The position numbers were made by a program, and so were the translations under genes. Positions 20,265 to 31,304 of a stretch of 64,000 nt of DNA are shown piece after piece. The notes below the pieces were generated by a model. It saw only the letters and a list, made by a program, of their open reading frames with translations. It was not told where the DNA came from and ran no database searches. This DNA comes from an uncultured Alphaproteobacteria bacterium (GTDB taxonomy: Bacteria > Pseudomonadota > Alphaproteobacteria > Rhizobiales > Xanthobacteraceae). Position 1 is the stretch's first letter, and each line of letters begins with the position of its first letter. Location: contig CAWEAH010000006.1 of assembly GCA_963807125.1 (NCBI GenBank), forward strand, positions 498,921 through 562,920, read 5' to 3'.

Positions 20265-21916
20265 GACGGCTCACCCTGCGGCCGGGCCTGGGCTTCGTCG
20301 CCGGTTTCCGCGGAGCGGCCGAACTCGTGATAGTCGTAGGGATCGACGTCGACGCGCGGCGGCCGCAGGAAATTCGTCTTCGGCGGCGGCGACGGCGTCT
20401 GCCATTCAAGTCCGGTCGCGTGCCACGGATTGTCGCCCGCCTTCTCGCCGTAGAACAGCGACCAAGTCAGATAAACGAGCGGCATCAAATAGGCGATGGC
20501 GAGAATGACGGCGCCGCCGCTCGAGAGCACGTGCCAGACCTGAAAGACCGCCGGATAATAATGATAGCGCCGCGGCATGCCGAGCCAGCCCATGACGAAC
20601 TGGGGCAGGAAGGTGACATTGAAGCCGAGGAACATGGTGATGGCGGCGAACTGCGCCCAGAATTCGTTGTAGAGCTTTCCGGTGATCTTCGGCCACCAAT
20701 AATGAATTCCGGCCATGAACGCCGAGACGCTGCCGCCGACCATGATGGTGTGGAAGTGCGCGATGACGAAATAACTGTCGGTCGTCGCGATATCGATCGG
20801 CACCGATGCCAGGAACAGCCCGGTCAGCCCGCCGATGGTGAACAGGCCGAGAAAGCCGAGCGCATAGATCATCGGCGCTTCGAAGCCGATATGGCCGCGA
20901 TACAGCGTGCCGGTCCAATTGAACACTTTGATGGCGGACGGCACCGCGACGATGAACGACAGGAACGAGAACACGAGGTTGGCAAGTGGCGACTGTCCGG
21001 CGACGAACATGTGATGGCCCCACACCATGAAGCCGATCACGCCGATCGTCATCATCGAATACACCATGAAGGCATAACCGAAGACGCGGCGCCGGGCGAA
21101 GCAGGCGAACACCTCGGAGACCACGCCCATCGCCGGCAGGATCATGATGTAGACGGCGGGATGGCTGTAGAACCAGAACAGGTGCTGGAACAGCAACGGA
21201 TCGCCGCCGGCGCTCGGGTCGAAGATCGGCAATCCGAAATAGCGCTCCGCCGAGATGAGCAAAAGCGACATCGCCAGCACCGGCGTTGCCAGCACCATCA
21301 CAAAGCTCACCACATACATGGACCAGGCAAACAGCGGCAGCCGGAACCAGGTCATGCCGGGGCAGCGCAGCATGTGGATGGTGGCGAGGAAATTGACGCC
21401 GGTCGCAATCGAGGAAAATCCGACCACGAACACGCCGGCGGCGGCGCCGATGACATTGGAATGCGAATATTCCGAAGAAAACGGCGGGTAAAACGTCCAG
21501 CCGGTATCGACGCCGCCGGAAAACAGCACATAGACCGTAAAGGCGGCGCCGCCGACATAAAGATACCAGGACAACAGATTAAGCCGCGGAAACGCCACGT
21601 CAGGCGCGCCGATCATCATCGGCAGAATGAAATTGCCCATGGTGGCCGGGATCGACGGCACCAGGAAGAACCACACCATGATGATGCCGTGCATGGTGAA
21701 CAGGCGATTGTATTCGTCCGAGGTGAGGAACAGGCCGGTCGGACTGATCAATTCCAGCCGCACCAGGCCGATAGCAACGCCGCCGATGAAAAAGAACACC
21801 GTGATCGACAGCGCATAGAGGATGGCGATGCGCTTGTGATCGGTCGTGGTCAGCCAGGACAGGAGGGTGTGGCCTTCGTCGAGATAGGATTCCCCGTAAC
21901 TGTCGAGCGGCGGCAC
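20261..21916 (-). CDS. ctaD: Cytochrome c oxidase subunit I (heme-copper oxidase)
   Basis: Intact 551-aa ORF from a GTG start, containing WFFLVPS, GHHMF and FVIAHFHTIMVGG. An ATG with a GGAGGA Shine-Dalgarno sequence lies at 21941 in another frame (MTDATLPF), which suggests a 1-nt indel near 21918. Confidence 0.9.
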   Translation of the reverse strand: MPPLDSYGESYLDEGHTLLSWLTTTDHKRIAILYALSITVFFFIGGVAIGLVRLELISPTGLFLTSDEYNRLFTMHGIIMVWFFLVPSIPATMGNFILPMMIGAPDVAFPRLNLLSWYLYVGGAAFTVYVLFSGGVDTGWTFYPPFSSEYSHSNVIGAAAGVFVVGFSSIATGVNFLATIHMLRCPGMTWFRLPLFAWSMYVVSFVMVLATPVLAMSLLLISAERYFGLPIFDPSAGGDPLLFQHLFWFYSHPAVYIMILPAMGVVSEVFACFARRRVFGYAFMVYSMMTIGVIGFMVWGHHMFVAGQSPLANLVFSFLSFIVAVPSAIKVFNWTGTLYRGHIGFEAPMIYALGFLGLFTIGGLTGLFLASVPIDIATTDSYFVIAHFHTIMVGGSVSAFMAGIHYWWPKITGKLYNEFWAQFAAITMFLGFNVTFLPQFVMGWLGMPRRYHYYPAVFQVWHVLSSGGAVILAIAYLMPLVYLTWSLFYGEKAGDNPWHATGLEWQTPSPPPKTNFLRPPRVDVDPYDYHEFGRSAETGDEAQARPQGEPS

Positions 21917-21943
21917 GAAAGGGCAATGTTGCGTCGGTCATTG

Positions 21944-22932
21944 CTATCCTCCCGAGGATTCCGAGGACGATTTCGGCGACGCGGTCGGCGTCCCCTGATC
22001 TTGATCGGCGGTCAGAGATTTGATGTAGGCGATGAGCGCAACGATCTGGCCTTCGCTGCACCGAGCCGGTGAAATTCGGCATGATCGGCGGATAGCCTTC
22101 GACGCGCGTGGAATCCGGCACCAGGATGCAGTCGCGCAAATAGGCCTCATCGGCGGTGCGCGTGCGGCCGCCGGTGAGGTGCACCACGTGACCGTACACG
22201 CCGTGCAGATCGGGCGCGTGCACCGTCGAGCCCGGCGTATGACAGCCCGAGCAGCCGAACGAATGAAACAGCGCCGCGCCTTGATGCGCCAGGTCGTCGG
22301 CTTCCGGCTGCGCCGCGGTCCAGCGCGCATAGTCCTGCGGCGTTACGATGTAGATCGTGCCGGCCATGATGGAGTGGTCGGTGCCGCAGAATTCCGCGCA
22401 GGTGAAATGGAAAACGCCGGTCTTGTCGGCGTTGAACCATTCATAGGTGTAGCGATCCGGCAAAATATCCTGCTTCAAGCGCAACGCCGGCAGATAGAGG
22501 TCATGGATCACGTCCTGCGATGTCATCGCCAGCCGTATGTTGGTGAAAGCGGGCACATGCAGTTCGTCGATTTCGCGCGCGCCGCTCGGATGCTGGAAGC
22601 GCCACATCCACTGCTTGGCGACGACATGAATTTCCAGCGCGTTTTTCGGCGGCGAGGCCTGCAGCAATTCTTCCGAAGCCGCCCACCAGAAGATGAATAG
22701 GAAGCTGAACAGCGTCGCCACCGTCCAGCCGATCTCGATCTCATGGCTTTTGCGCTCGGGCAATAGTGCCGCGCGGCGTGGACGAACCGCGGTAATACAG
22801 CGCGAAGAACACGACGATCGCGCCGCTGACCAAAAGGACGATAACGCCGGAAACGATCGACAGCAGATAAAACAGGTCGTCGACATGGGCGGCATATTGG
22901 GAGGCTTCGGTGGTGAATTGGGAGATGTTCAT
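21944..22932 (-). pseudogene. ctaC: Cytochrome c oxidase subunit II with fused C-terminal cytochrome c domain (caa3-type). Two frameshifts, near 22780 and 22065.
   Basis: N-terminus MNISQFTTEASQYAAHVDDLFYLLSIV. CuA site HFTCAEFCGTDHSIM. Heme site CSGCH. C-terminus SEGQIVALIAYIKSL in a third frame. Confidence 0.85.
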
Positions 22933-23732
22933 ATGGCCTCCCGCCGCCGTCCGCAGCATCACCATGGTGAAAATGCCGCCGGCAATGATCGCGAGCGTGG
23001 CAAGGCAGGCGAACGTCAGCAGCGTGGTGATGCGTTCGGTATAGATGCCGTGCGCCGGATCGAAGCCGTAACAGAGAAGATGAAGCTGGTCGGCAAAACC
23101 GCCGACTGCGCCGTGGCCGGCATCGACCAGCGCAAGGCGCAAATCTCCGCCGTCCAGCCCGATCGGCGACATCACCCGGCGCACGCGGCCGCCGGCATCG
23201 ACGATATAGGCTGCCGCCGGATGGGCGTATTGGTCGTGCTCGGGATCATAGGCGTAATGCAGCCCGACGGCTTGGGTCGCGGCGGCAATGGCTGGCTCGC
23301 CGCCGCTCAGAGAAGATGGCCGCGCGCTGCACCGGACTGTCCGGCCGCGATGTGCTGGGCGCGCATCGCGCGCGCGGTGTCGATGCCGTCGCGCGGATTG
23401 ATGCCGATGACCACCAGCCGATAATCTTTGCCGGGCTTCAATCCGGTCTTGCTGAGCCCGTCGGCGGTGAACTCGACGATCGGACCGCACAGCGTATGAC
23501 AGGTGTAATCGGCGAAAATCACGACCGCCGGCACGCCGCCGATGGCCTGGCTGATGAGCGTTGTTCGCCCGTTTTCGTCTTCGAAGGCGAGGCTGGGCGG
23601 CAACACGGCATGCGGCGGCGGTATGGCTGCGATTTGCGCAAGCTGAGCCGACGTGAAATTCGCGTGCGCACGGGTGACGAACGCCGCGCCATGAGCGCCA
23701 TCAGCAAAATTATTGTGTGCGGGCGGTCTCAT
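22933..23732 (-). pseudogene. SCO1/SenC family copper chaperone (one frameshift near 23310, no stop codon before the coxII start)
   Basis: Motifs VVIFADYTCHTLCGPI (CxxxC) and ...YAHPAAAYIVDAGGRV, with a C-terminal TM helix. Its frame runs directly into the MNISQ start of subunit II. Confidence 0.65.
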
Positions 23733-24217
23733 GGCTGGTGTCCCGGCTGGGAATTGCCGGAGGCAGGCGAGGGCGGACCGTGGGAAGGAGCCGGCGGGGG
23801 AGCGGTCACGGCGTTTTCCGCACCGGCGGTAGGCGAGCTTAGCGCCGGCTGTGCCGGTACAAGCGGCGCATAGGCGTCCTTGCCCTTCTGCGCGAGAAGC
23901 TTCATCGCGCGATCGATCGGGATTTGAACCAAAGTGTGCCGGTTGTCGGCCCAGCGCCAGGTTTGCAGACGCTTACTCTGCTGCTCGCGCAAGCGATGAA
24001 GTTCGGCCTGATCGGCTTGCGAGGTAACGACGCGCGGTTGTGGAAACCGAGCCGGCGCCGGAACCGATTTGATCGGCACGTTGTAATCGTAAACGGCGCC
24101 CAGGCCGCCGATGGCGCCGCCAAGCAACAGCAGCGCGGCAAGCCCGCACCACAGCACGATCGGAGTCTCCACGCCCGGCGATTCCGGGACATATTGAATA
24201 TGTTCCTCAGCGGGCAT
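23729..24217 (-). CDS. Membrane-anchored protein of unknown function at the ActG position of the ACIII operon
   Basis: 162-aa ORF with a single N-terminal TM helix (IVLWCGLAALLLLGGAIGGLGAV) and a Pro/Ala-rich tail. It overlaps actF (11 nt) and sco (ATGA). Confidence 0.4.
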   Translation of the reverse strand: MPAEEHIQYVPESPGVETPIVLWCGLAALLLLGGAIGGLGAVYDYNVPIKSVPAPARFPQPRVVTSQADQAELHRLREQQSKRLQTWRWADNRHTLVQIPIDRAMKLLAQKGKDAYAPLVPAQPALSSPTAGAENAVTAPPPAPSHGPPSPASGNSQPGHQP

Positions 24218-25272
24218 CGGCCGGCTCCCGCACGGGGATGAGAGTGGTGACGCCGCTCAGGTAAAGGCCGCACAAGGCGAGCCCGATCCCGACCACGGCG
24301 AGAAATGCGGTAAGCGCCGCGCGGCCGCCAGCCGGCGGCGCTATCAGATAAACGTCATAGCAAGCCAGCCCGAGCAGGACGCAAGCACCGACCGCTCGCA
24401 ACGGTCGGCGCGACCGTCTGACCTTGGCGAGAAGCAACGCGAGCACCGGCAACACCGATGCCAGCACGAAAGCCGCAGCGGCCAATGCCGACCACGGCCA
24501 ATGATCGCGTTCGACGAACCAGATCTCCTCGCGCGGCAGGTCGCCGTACCAGATCACCAGGACGGCCATGAAATCGATGTAGGTAATGCCGAGAATAGTC
24601 GCGAGAAAGAGTCCGCCGATGTCGCCGATCGCCGGATCGTTTTCGGGCAGCGGTGCCGTGAGCGCTATCCAGGCGAGTGCGCCGACCAAGCCGGATATGG
24701 CGACGCTGGCGCCGAACGATGACGACGTGAAGGGAGCTTCCAGCGAAAGATACCAATCGATGGAGACGCTGGAAATGATAAGGGCGTGAAAGACCAGTCC
24801 TTGGGCCGCCAAGCAAGGTGCCGGTCCGGCCGTTCACGCGCGGCAGCAGCAGCGCCAAGGCCGACCAACCGACCAGCGCGAGGAGCGCGCGGACGATGAA
24901 GGATGGTGCGTTGAGATAGTACGAGACGACGTCGGGCTTGATCGCTTCGCTATGGCCGAGCCAGGGATAGAGCACCGGAATGGCGATAAACAATGGAACA
25001 GCGAGCAGGATCAGCAACGGCACGGCCGCGGTCGCAGGCTCGACGATCGGAGCCGCGATCTCTCCCCAACGCCCGCCGGTGAGCCGATGGATCATGACCA
25101 GCGTCAGGCTGCCGACAAGAATTTGTCCCCAGAACGCAAACCCGACCAGCCAGCCGGCGGCGGCGGCGCGCGGCTCGAGCAGCGCGGCGACGATCAGAAG
25201 CACGGCCGCCCATGCGGCGCCGACAAACGCGGCGTTTCGCAGTTCTGCGCGGCGGTAATTCCACACTCTCAT
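24207..25272 (-). pseudogene. actF: Alternative complex III subunit ActF-like integral membrane protein (one frameshift near 24815)
   Basis: Two hydrophobic ORF halves (24355..25272 and 24207..24812) join into one multi-TM protein. Its position after actE supports the call. Confidence 0.6.
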
Positions 25273-25814
25273 TGGACGTGCTCCGCGGCGTCGGGCACGT
25301 CGGCGACGCTGGCATGGCGCGACAGCTGCAGCGCCCGGATATAGGCGGCGATCGCCCAGCGATCGTGCGGATCGACGCGGTCGGCATAGGAGAACATGAC
25401 GCCGTAGCCGTTGGTGATGACGTCGTAAAAATGCTGCGCCGGCGCGGCTTCAAGCCGATCGAGGTAATAGGACGGCGGCGCAGGAAAGCCGTGCGCGACA
25501 ATAATGCCGTCGCCGTCGCCGGCGAGGCCGTGACAGGGCGCGCAGAAAACGCCGAAGCGTTGTTGGCCGCGCGCTAAAAGTTCGGCGGTGACCGGCGGAG
25601 GTGTCTTGGCTTCGGCCGCGCGCGCGACGTCGCCTTGCGCCACCACATGGGCGGGCAGCGGCCGCGCCGACGACCCGTCCGGCCATAATGCGGTCGGCGC
25701 GTAGGTCGTCAGTTTGCGCTGCTGCGTCATCGACAGATCGCACGCCGACAGCGCAAGGCAGGCGGCGGCGAGGGCCGGCAACGCGATGGTCGACAAGGCG
25801 ATGCGATGCATCAT
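25269..25814 (-). CDS. actE: Alternative complex III subunit ActE, monoheme cytochrome c lipoprotein
   Basis: Lipobox LALSAC, one CAPCH heme site and GYGVMFSY. ATGA overlaps on both sides. Confidence 0.75.
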   Translation of the reverse strand: MMHRIALSTIALPALAAACLALSACDLSMTQQRKLTTYAPTALWPDGSSARPLPAHVVAQGDVARAAEAKTPPPVTAELLARGQQRFGVFCAPCHGLAGDGDGIIVAHGFPAPPSYYLDRLEAAPAQHFYDVITNGYGVMFSYADRVDPHDRWAIAAYIRALQLSRHASVADVPDAAEHVQ

Positions 25815-26335
25815 GTGTCGACCTCGCGGATCGCCACCGCCCCGGCGCCACGGAAGAAGTCGAGCGCCCGCTGCAATTCGTCGTCCTGCCCCGGCCGCTC
25901 CAGCGCCAGAATGAACTGGTCCTGGCTGGCATGCTCGAAACCTTCGACTGCGAATAGAGGGTAATGCAGCCGCGGCAGGCCGCACTCGAACAGAAATGTT
26001 GCAAAGCCGACGATCGCCGCCATCAGGATGCCGGTTGCGAACGGCACCAGCATGAACGCAGGCCAGGCATCGAGCGGTCGTCCGCCGCTGTTGTAGGGAT
26101 AGTCGATGACGGCCGAAAAATATTCGAGGCCATAAGCCGCCGCCGCCGTGGCGATACCGCCGATGAACATCGCGACCCGAATATGGCTGCGGCGCTGATC
26201 GAGCAGGTCGTGGACGGCTTCGACCGGAAACGGCGTATACGCATCGAGCAGCCGATAGTCCGCGCTCTTGGCGCGCCGCGCCGCTTCGACGAAGCGCACA
26301 GAGTCGGCGAATTGGGCGAGCAGGAGGGCGGCCAT
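25811..26335 (-). CDS. actD: Alternative complex III subunit ActD (DUF3341)
   Basis: MAALLLAQFADSVRFVEAARRAKSADYRLLDAYTPFPVEAV..., plus two TM helices. Its start overlaps the actC stop. Confidence 0.7.
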   Translation of the reverse strand: MAALLLAQFADSVRFVEAARRAKSADYRLLDAYTPFPVEAVHDLLDQRRSHIRVAMFIGGIATAAAAYGLEYFSAVIDYPYNSGGRPLDAWPAFMLVPFATGILMAAIVGFATFLFECGLPRLHYPLFAVEGFEHASQDQFILALERPGQDDELQRALDFFRGAGAVAIREVDT

Positions 26336-27717
26336 CACGAACCCTCCTCGTCGACCAGCTTGCGCACTTCGTGCATGGAAACCGCCGGAATGAGACGCAC
26401 GAAGACGAGAAACATCAGCACGAACAACCCGAGCGAACCGATCGTCGTGATCCAATCCCACACCGTAGGAAGAAAAAGCCGCCACATGCTCGGCAGGTAG
26501 CCGTGCGACAGCGTGTTCCAGACGATCAGGATGCGCTCCAGCCACATGCCGATATTGATCAGGACCGAGATGGCGAAGACGGCCACCACACTGCGCCGCA
26601 CCGCGGCGAGCCAGAAAGCTTGCGGGGCGATGACATTGCAGAACAGCAACGCCCAGAACATCGGCGCATAGCCGCCGGTGAACTCGAAGATCACCAAACT
26701 GCGATCGGGGCGATCGCCGCCATACCAGGCGTTGAACCATTCGGTGGCGTAGGACAGGCCCATGACGATCGAGGCCATCAGCATGACCTTCGCCATGACG
26801 TCGAAATGGGCGACGGTGATGAGACCTTGCAGCCGAAATCCCCAGCGAACCATTGCCGCCAGGCACACGACCATGGCGAAGCCGGAATACATCGCGCCGA
26901 CCACGAAGTAGGGCGGAAAGATCGTCTCTTGCCAGCCGGGCATCAGGCTCGCGGCGAAATCCATGCCGACGACGCTGTGCAGTGAAACGACCAGCGGTAC
27001 GCCAAGACAAGCAAGCGCCAGATGCAGCGTTTCATAGGCCTGCCAATGGCGCGCCGAGCCGCGCCAACCGAGGGCGAAAGCGCCATAGATCGTCGCCGCA
27101 AATTTGCTGCGCGCACGGTCGCGCATGGTGGCTAGATCGGGAATGAGCCCGACATACCAGAAGATGATCGAAAACAGGATGTAACTCAGGATGGCCCAAA
27201 AATCCCAAATCAACGCGCTGCGCCACTGCGGCCACACCGTCATCGTGTTCGGGTATGGCGTCAGCCAATAAAAATACATCGGCCGTCCGAGATGGATGAT
27301 TGGAAAAATGCCGGCGATGGTGGCGGCGAACAATGTCATCGCTTCGGCAAAACGATTGGTCGAGGCGCGCCACTTCTGCCGCATCAAGAGCAGCATCGAC
27401 GAGATCAAAGTGCCGGCATTGCCGATGCCGATCCACCACACGTAATCGGCAATGGCGAAGCCCCACACCGAGCTGGTGTTCAGGCCCCAGACGCCGACGC
27501 CTCGGGTGAGCACCACGTAGACTGCGATCAAAAAGCCAAGGGTCATGGCGCTGCTCACCGCGGCGGCGATCCACCAAGCTTTCCACGACCACAGCCCTCT
27601 TTCGTAGAGCGGCGCCGTGACGAGCTCGTTGATCGCTTCAAGGCTGCGGGCGTGCGGCAGCGTCCAGCGTTCTGCCTCCGGGGGCATCGGTTCGGTGCGG
27701 ATGACGGCAATGCTCAT
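26335..27717 (-). CDS. actC: Alternative complex III subunit ActC (NrfD/PsrC-like quinol-interacting membrane subunit)
   Basis: Intact polytopic protein of about 460 aa from [10 protein letters not shown]. Contains WGFAIADYVWWIGIGNAGTLIS. Confidence 0.85.
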   Translation of the reverse strand: MSIAVIRTEPMPPEAERWTLPHARSLEAINELVTAPLYERGLWSWKAWWIAAAVSSAMTLGFLIAVYVVLTRGVGVWGLNTSSVWGFAIADYVWWIGIGNAGTLISSMLLLMRQKWRASTNRFAEAMTLFAATIAGIFPIIHLGRPMYFYWLTPYPNTMTVWPQWRSALIWDFWAILSYILFSIIFWYVGLIPDLATMRDRARSKFAATIYGAFALGWRGSARHWQAYETLHLALACLGVPLVVSLHSVVGMDFAASLMPGWQETIFPPYFVVGAMYSGFAMVVCLAAMVRWGFRLQGLITVAHFDVMAKVMLMASIVMGLSYATEWFNAWYGGDRPDRSLVIFEFTGGYAPMFWALLFCNVIAPQAFWLAAVRRSVVAVFAISVLINIGMWLERILIVWNTLSHGYLPSMWRLFLPTVWDWITTIGSLGLFVLMFLVFVRLIPAVSMHEVRKLVDEEGS

Positions 27718-30563
27718 GACTGCGCCTTGCCGAAGTCGGGATTGGGATTTTCCAGGCGCGCCAGGTAGGTCGTGCGCGGTCGCGTGCCGAGGTCGCCAAG
27801 CAGCGCGTAGGCCTGCGGCTCGCCGCGCAACGCATTGACCCGCGATTTTGCGTCGGAGAGATCGCCGAACGCGATTGCGCGCGTCGGGCAGGCGGCTTGG
27901 CAAGCCGTGACGACCTCGCCCTCCCGGATCTTGCGATGCTCCTTTTCGGCGGCGCGCCGCGCCCCGCTGATGCGCTGAACGCAATAGGTGCACTTCTCCA
28001 TGACGCCGCGGCCGCGCACCGTGACGTCGGGATTGAACACCGCTTTGACGATGTCGTCGCCAAAGCTCTTGTATTCTTCGCCGTCGGCATAGCCGAAGAA
28101 ATTGAAACGGCGCACTTTATAAGGACAGTTCGATTGACAAAATCGCGTGCCGACGCAGCGATTGTAGACTTGCAAATTCAGTCCCTCGCTATCGTGGATC
28201 GAGGCCGCCACCGGGCACACCGGCTCGCAGGGCGCGTGCTCGCAATGCATGCACGGCACCGGCGAAAATCCCGGCTTGCCGTCGATCACGTAATCGTCGA
28301 TGCGGAGCCAATGCATGTCGCGGCCGACGGCGATCTGGTCCGGCCCGACGATCGGCACGTTGTTTTCGGCCTGGCAGGCGACGACGCAGGCGTTGCAGCC
28401 GATGCAGGCTGCGGTGTCGATCACCATCGCCCATTCGTAGGTGTCGTAGTCGTGCGGCGGATAAAGCGTCGCGGGATTGCCGCCGGGCTTGCTCAGGCCG
28501 AGATCGGGCTTCGTCAGGTCCGAAAGCGTAAAGCGCGGCTGCAAATCCTTGGCTTCGCCCTCGAGGTCGAAGAAATGTTGCGTCAACAGCAGGTTTTGGT
28601 GGCCATCGATCTTGGTGATGCTGATATTGGCGACCGCCCACGGCGAATCCGGCGGCCGCAGCCGGTACACATCAAAACCGATATCGCTGCCGAGGCTGCC
28701 AGCGTCGGTGCGCCCGTAGCCGAGGGTCGTGGCAACGGTGTGCGCGGCCTGTCCGGGACGCACCAGGACCGGTGCTTCGAGTACGGACTTGCCGGCAACA
28801 AGCCGCACCATGTCGCCGTCGACGACGCCTAGCGTTTGCGCATCGCTTTCGGCGAGGTAGAGCGCATTGCCCCAGACCTGTTTGGTGAAGGGTTTCGGGC
28901 ATTCCTGCAGCCAGGCATTGTTAGCCACGCTGCCATCGAACACCGACGCATCGAGCGCCAGTGTCAAGGTAAAGGTGTTGCCATCGGTTGCCGGCGCCAA
29001 TTGTGGCAGCCGCGGAGCGGAGAGTGCGATGGCCGCCGCCGCGGTGTCGGCGACGACACCGTCCTGCAGGGTCTGTCGCCACCAATCGTCGAAGTCACTG
29101 CCGGGGTTGCTGGCTTGCTGCCAATAGCCGCGAACCGTGTCGTAAGAGGTTGGTCCGGTGCCGTCACTTAACAGCCCGAGAATTTGGTGCGGCGTGCGGC
29201 TGTCGTAGAGCGGCCGGATCAGAGGTTGGATGACGCTCGCGGTGCCGTCATAGGCGCGGATGTCGGACCAGCTTTCCAGGACGTGGGTGAGCGGCAGATG
29301 CCAGGTGCAGCGCGCCGCCGTCTCGTCGCGATAGAGCCCGCTCTGCGCCGAAAACGGCACCGCTGCGACGGCGTCGCCAAGTCCGAGGTCGCCGGGTGCG
29401 TCATAGGCCGGATTGGCGCCGAGGATCATCAGGGTTTCAATGGCGCCGGCGCGGACATCGGCGGCAAAGGTCTTCAGCGACTCGGTGCTCCCGACATTGA
29501 GTGGATCGACCGGCGCGATGAAATCGACCGGTGCATTCAGTTCGTTATTGATCCAGTGGCACAGCGCATGAACTTCGGCTGGTTGCCTCGGTCCCGCCAG
29601 CACCAGTCCGCCGCCCTGCCGTGCCGTAAGATCGGCGGCCGCCGCCTTGGCAAATTGCTCGGCTTCGGGCGGCCCTTGGAGCTGCGGCACCGAGGCGCCG
29701 AGCGCGCGCGCAATCTCGATAGCGACGTTGCGGATGAGCTCCGGCCGCAGCGCAAGCCGATGATCGGCGAGCGCGCCGGTCAAGGTCCAGTCCGGTTCGA
29801 CGGCATAGATACGCAGCGATTGCTCCGGAACTGGCGACCGCCGCGCGGCCGTGATGTCCCGCGCAAAACGGATTTGCGTAGGGCCTGGACCGAGCGGATC
29901 GGCGTCGAGCGCCAACAGCACGCGGGCATCGGCAAAGCGCGGCAGCATGGCCGCGGGTTTGTTGAAGGCCAGGATCGCGCCGTTGCGAATGGCGTCGTCT
30001 TCGTTCGGCTCGTAGCGATACCATTTGGCTTGCGGCAGCGCCTTGGTCAGCGCGTCGATCTGCGCGACGAGCGTCGGCGAGGTGATACGGCCGGTGAGAA
30101 GCGCGAGACCTTCGCCCTGCCGCGAGCGCGCTTTGTCGAGGCGCGGCTGCAACGCGGCCTCGAACACACTCCAATCTTGGACGCGGCCGCTGCTGAAGGG
30201 TGCCTGCGACCTGTCCGGATCGTACAGCGACAGCACAGTCGCTTCGGCGAACACATCGGTCGAGCCGAGGCTCGCGGGATGTCGCGGATTGCCGTCGATC
30301 TTGATCGGCCGGCCCTCGACCGCGGTGACAATGACGCCCCGACCGTAGCCGGACAGCGGTAGCGCGCTGGCGAAACGCATGGGGACGCCGGGCGTCTCGC
30401 CCCGCGGTATCTCGACATAGGGCACGATCTGTTCCGCCGGCCGCCCACAGGACGCCAGCGCCAGCGCGGCGCCGCTGACGAACAGTTTCAAGGCCGCACG
30501 CCGGTCGAGGGCGCTTTGCGGCTGACGCGTGATGGCTTGATGGCGGTGCCGATAGTGGTTCAT
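27714..30563 (-). CDS. actB: Alternative complex III subunit ActB (fused molybdopterin-oxidoreductase-like and 4Fe-4S ferredoxin domains, Tat signal)
   Basis: Start [28 protein letters not shown] (twin-arginine). The C-terminal part has Cys clusters [25 protein letters not shown] and [14 protein letters not shown]. The frame is intact across about 2.85 kb. Confidence 0.85.
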   Translation of the reverse strand: MNHYRHRHQAITRQPQSALDRRAALKLFVSGAALALASCGRPAEQIVPYVEIPRGETPGVPMRFASALPLSGYGRGVIVTAVEGRPIKIDGNPRHPASLGSTDVFAEATVLSLYDPDRSQAPFSSGRVQDWSVFEAALQPRLDKARSRQGEGLALLTGRITSPTLVAQIDALTKALPQAKWYRYEPNEDDAIRNGAILAFNKPAAMLPRFADARVLLALDADPLGPGPTQIRFARDITAARRSPVPEQSLRIYAVEPDWTLTGALADHRLALRPELIRNVAIEIARALGASVPQLQGPPEAEQFAKAAAADLTARQGGGLVLAGPRQPAEVHALCHWINNELNAPVDFIAPVDPLNVGSTESLKTFAADVRAGAIETLMILGANPAYDAPGDLGLGDAVAAVPFSAQSGLYRDETAARCTWHLPLTHVLESWSDIRAYDGTASVIQPLIRPLYDSRTPHQILGLLSDGTGPTSYDTVRGYWQQASNPGSDFDDWWRQTLQDGVVADTAAAAIALSAPRLPQLAPATDGNTFTLTLALDASVFDGSVANNAWLQECPKPFTKQVWGNALYLAESDAQTLGVVDGDMVRLVAGKSVLEAPVLVRPGQAAHTVATTLGYGRTDAGSLGSDIGFDVYRLRPPDSPWAVANISITKIDGHQNLLLTQHFFDLEGEAKDLQPRFTLSDLTKPDLGLSKPGGNPATLYPPHDYDTYEWAMVIDTAACIGCNACVVACQAENNVPIVGPDQIAVGRDMHWLRIDDYVIDGKPGFSPVPCMHCEHAPCEPVCPVAASIHDSEGLNLQVYNRCVGTRFCQSNCPYKVRRFNFFGYADGEEYKSFGDDIVKAVFNPDVTVRGRGVMEKCTYCVQRISGARRAAEKEHRKIREGEVVTACQAACPTRAIAFGDLSDAKSRVNALRGEPQAYALLGDLGTRPRTTYLARLENPNPDFGKAQS

Positions 30564-31213
30564 CGATGGCAGACCGAGCAGTCGGTGAGATGTTTGTTGT
30601 CGAGGTTCTGGTGGGCGAGAATAATTCCGCGGCTGTCCTGATCGGGCGGCGCTTGCCAATCCGGATCGAACACTTCGGAAGCCGGGCGCAGATACGGCGC
30701 CGGGTCGCGATGGCAATTCAGACACCAGCCCATTGTCAGCGGCGCGGCTTGGCGCATCAGCGGCATGGTGGCGACAGGGCCGTGACAGGTGGTGCAGCCG
30801 ACGCCCTTGGCGATATGGATCGAATGATCGAAGTAGACATAGTCGGGCAGCCGGTTGACCTTATTCCAGTAAATCGGCCTGCCGTCGGCGAGGCTTTCGC
30901 GCACCGGCGCGAGCATTGCCGCTTGCGTGTAGAGTTGCGAATGGCAGGTCATGCAGGTGTGCGTCGGCGGTAGACTGGCGACCGGCGAAGTCTCGACCGC
31001 GGTATGGCAGTAGCGGCAATCCAGGCCGAGGCCGCCGACGTGATGCTCATGACTGAACGGTACCGGCTGATCGACCGTAAGCGTTTGCTCGGTCTCGTAT
31101 GGCGATGCGGAGAGCCAATAGCCGGCGCCGATAGCCAGAAAGGGGACGACCAGAATGGCGAGCAGGATGATGCGGGCGATGGTGTCGGCATAGGGACGGA
31201 ATAAGTGCGGCAT
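30560..31213 (-). CDS. actA: Alternative complex III subunit ActA, pentaheme cytochrome c
   Basis: N-terminal TM anchor and five CxxCH sites (CRYCH, CMTCH, CTTCH, CLNCH, CSVCH). Confidence 0.85.
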   Translation of the reverse strand: MPHLFRPYADTIARIILLAILVVPFLAIGAGYWLSASPYETEQTLTVDQPVPFSHEHHVGGLGLDCRYCHTAVETSPVASLPPTHTCMTCHSQLYTQAAMLAPVRESLADGRPIYWNKVNRLPDYVYFDHSIHIAKGVGCTTCHGPVATMPLMRQAAPLTMGWCLNCHRDPAPYLRPASEVFDPDWQAPPDQDSRGIILAHQNLDNKHLTDCSVCHR

Positions 31214-31304
31214 CTGCCGCTCTCCTCACCAACAGGTCGCCCAATCGCCCTACGACCAATTCCAAAGCGCGGGGATCGCTGGCCCCCCGCCAGTCCAATC
31301 GCCC

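Noticed and set aside
20327-22072. 581-aa + strand ORF, with similar long ORFs at 44779..46683 (-), 7300..8304 (+), 29184..30362 (+) and 54739..55746 (+)
   Set aside because: These lie antisense to strongly recognisable genes (oxidase subunit I, metG/holB, TPR/ialB, actB, ntrX). Their translations are Arg/Ala/Gly/Asp-rich low-complexity strings with no motifs, which is the typical shadow-ORF artefact of high-GC DNA.
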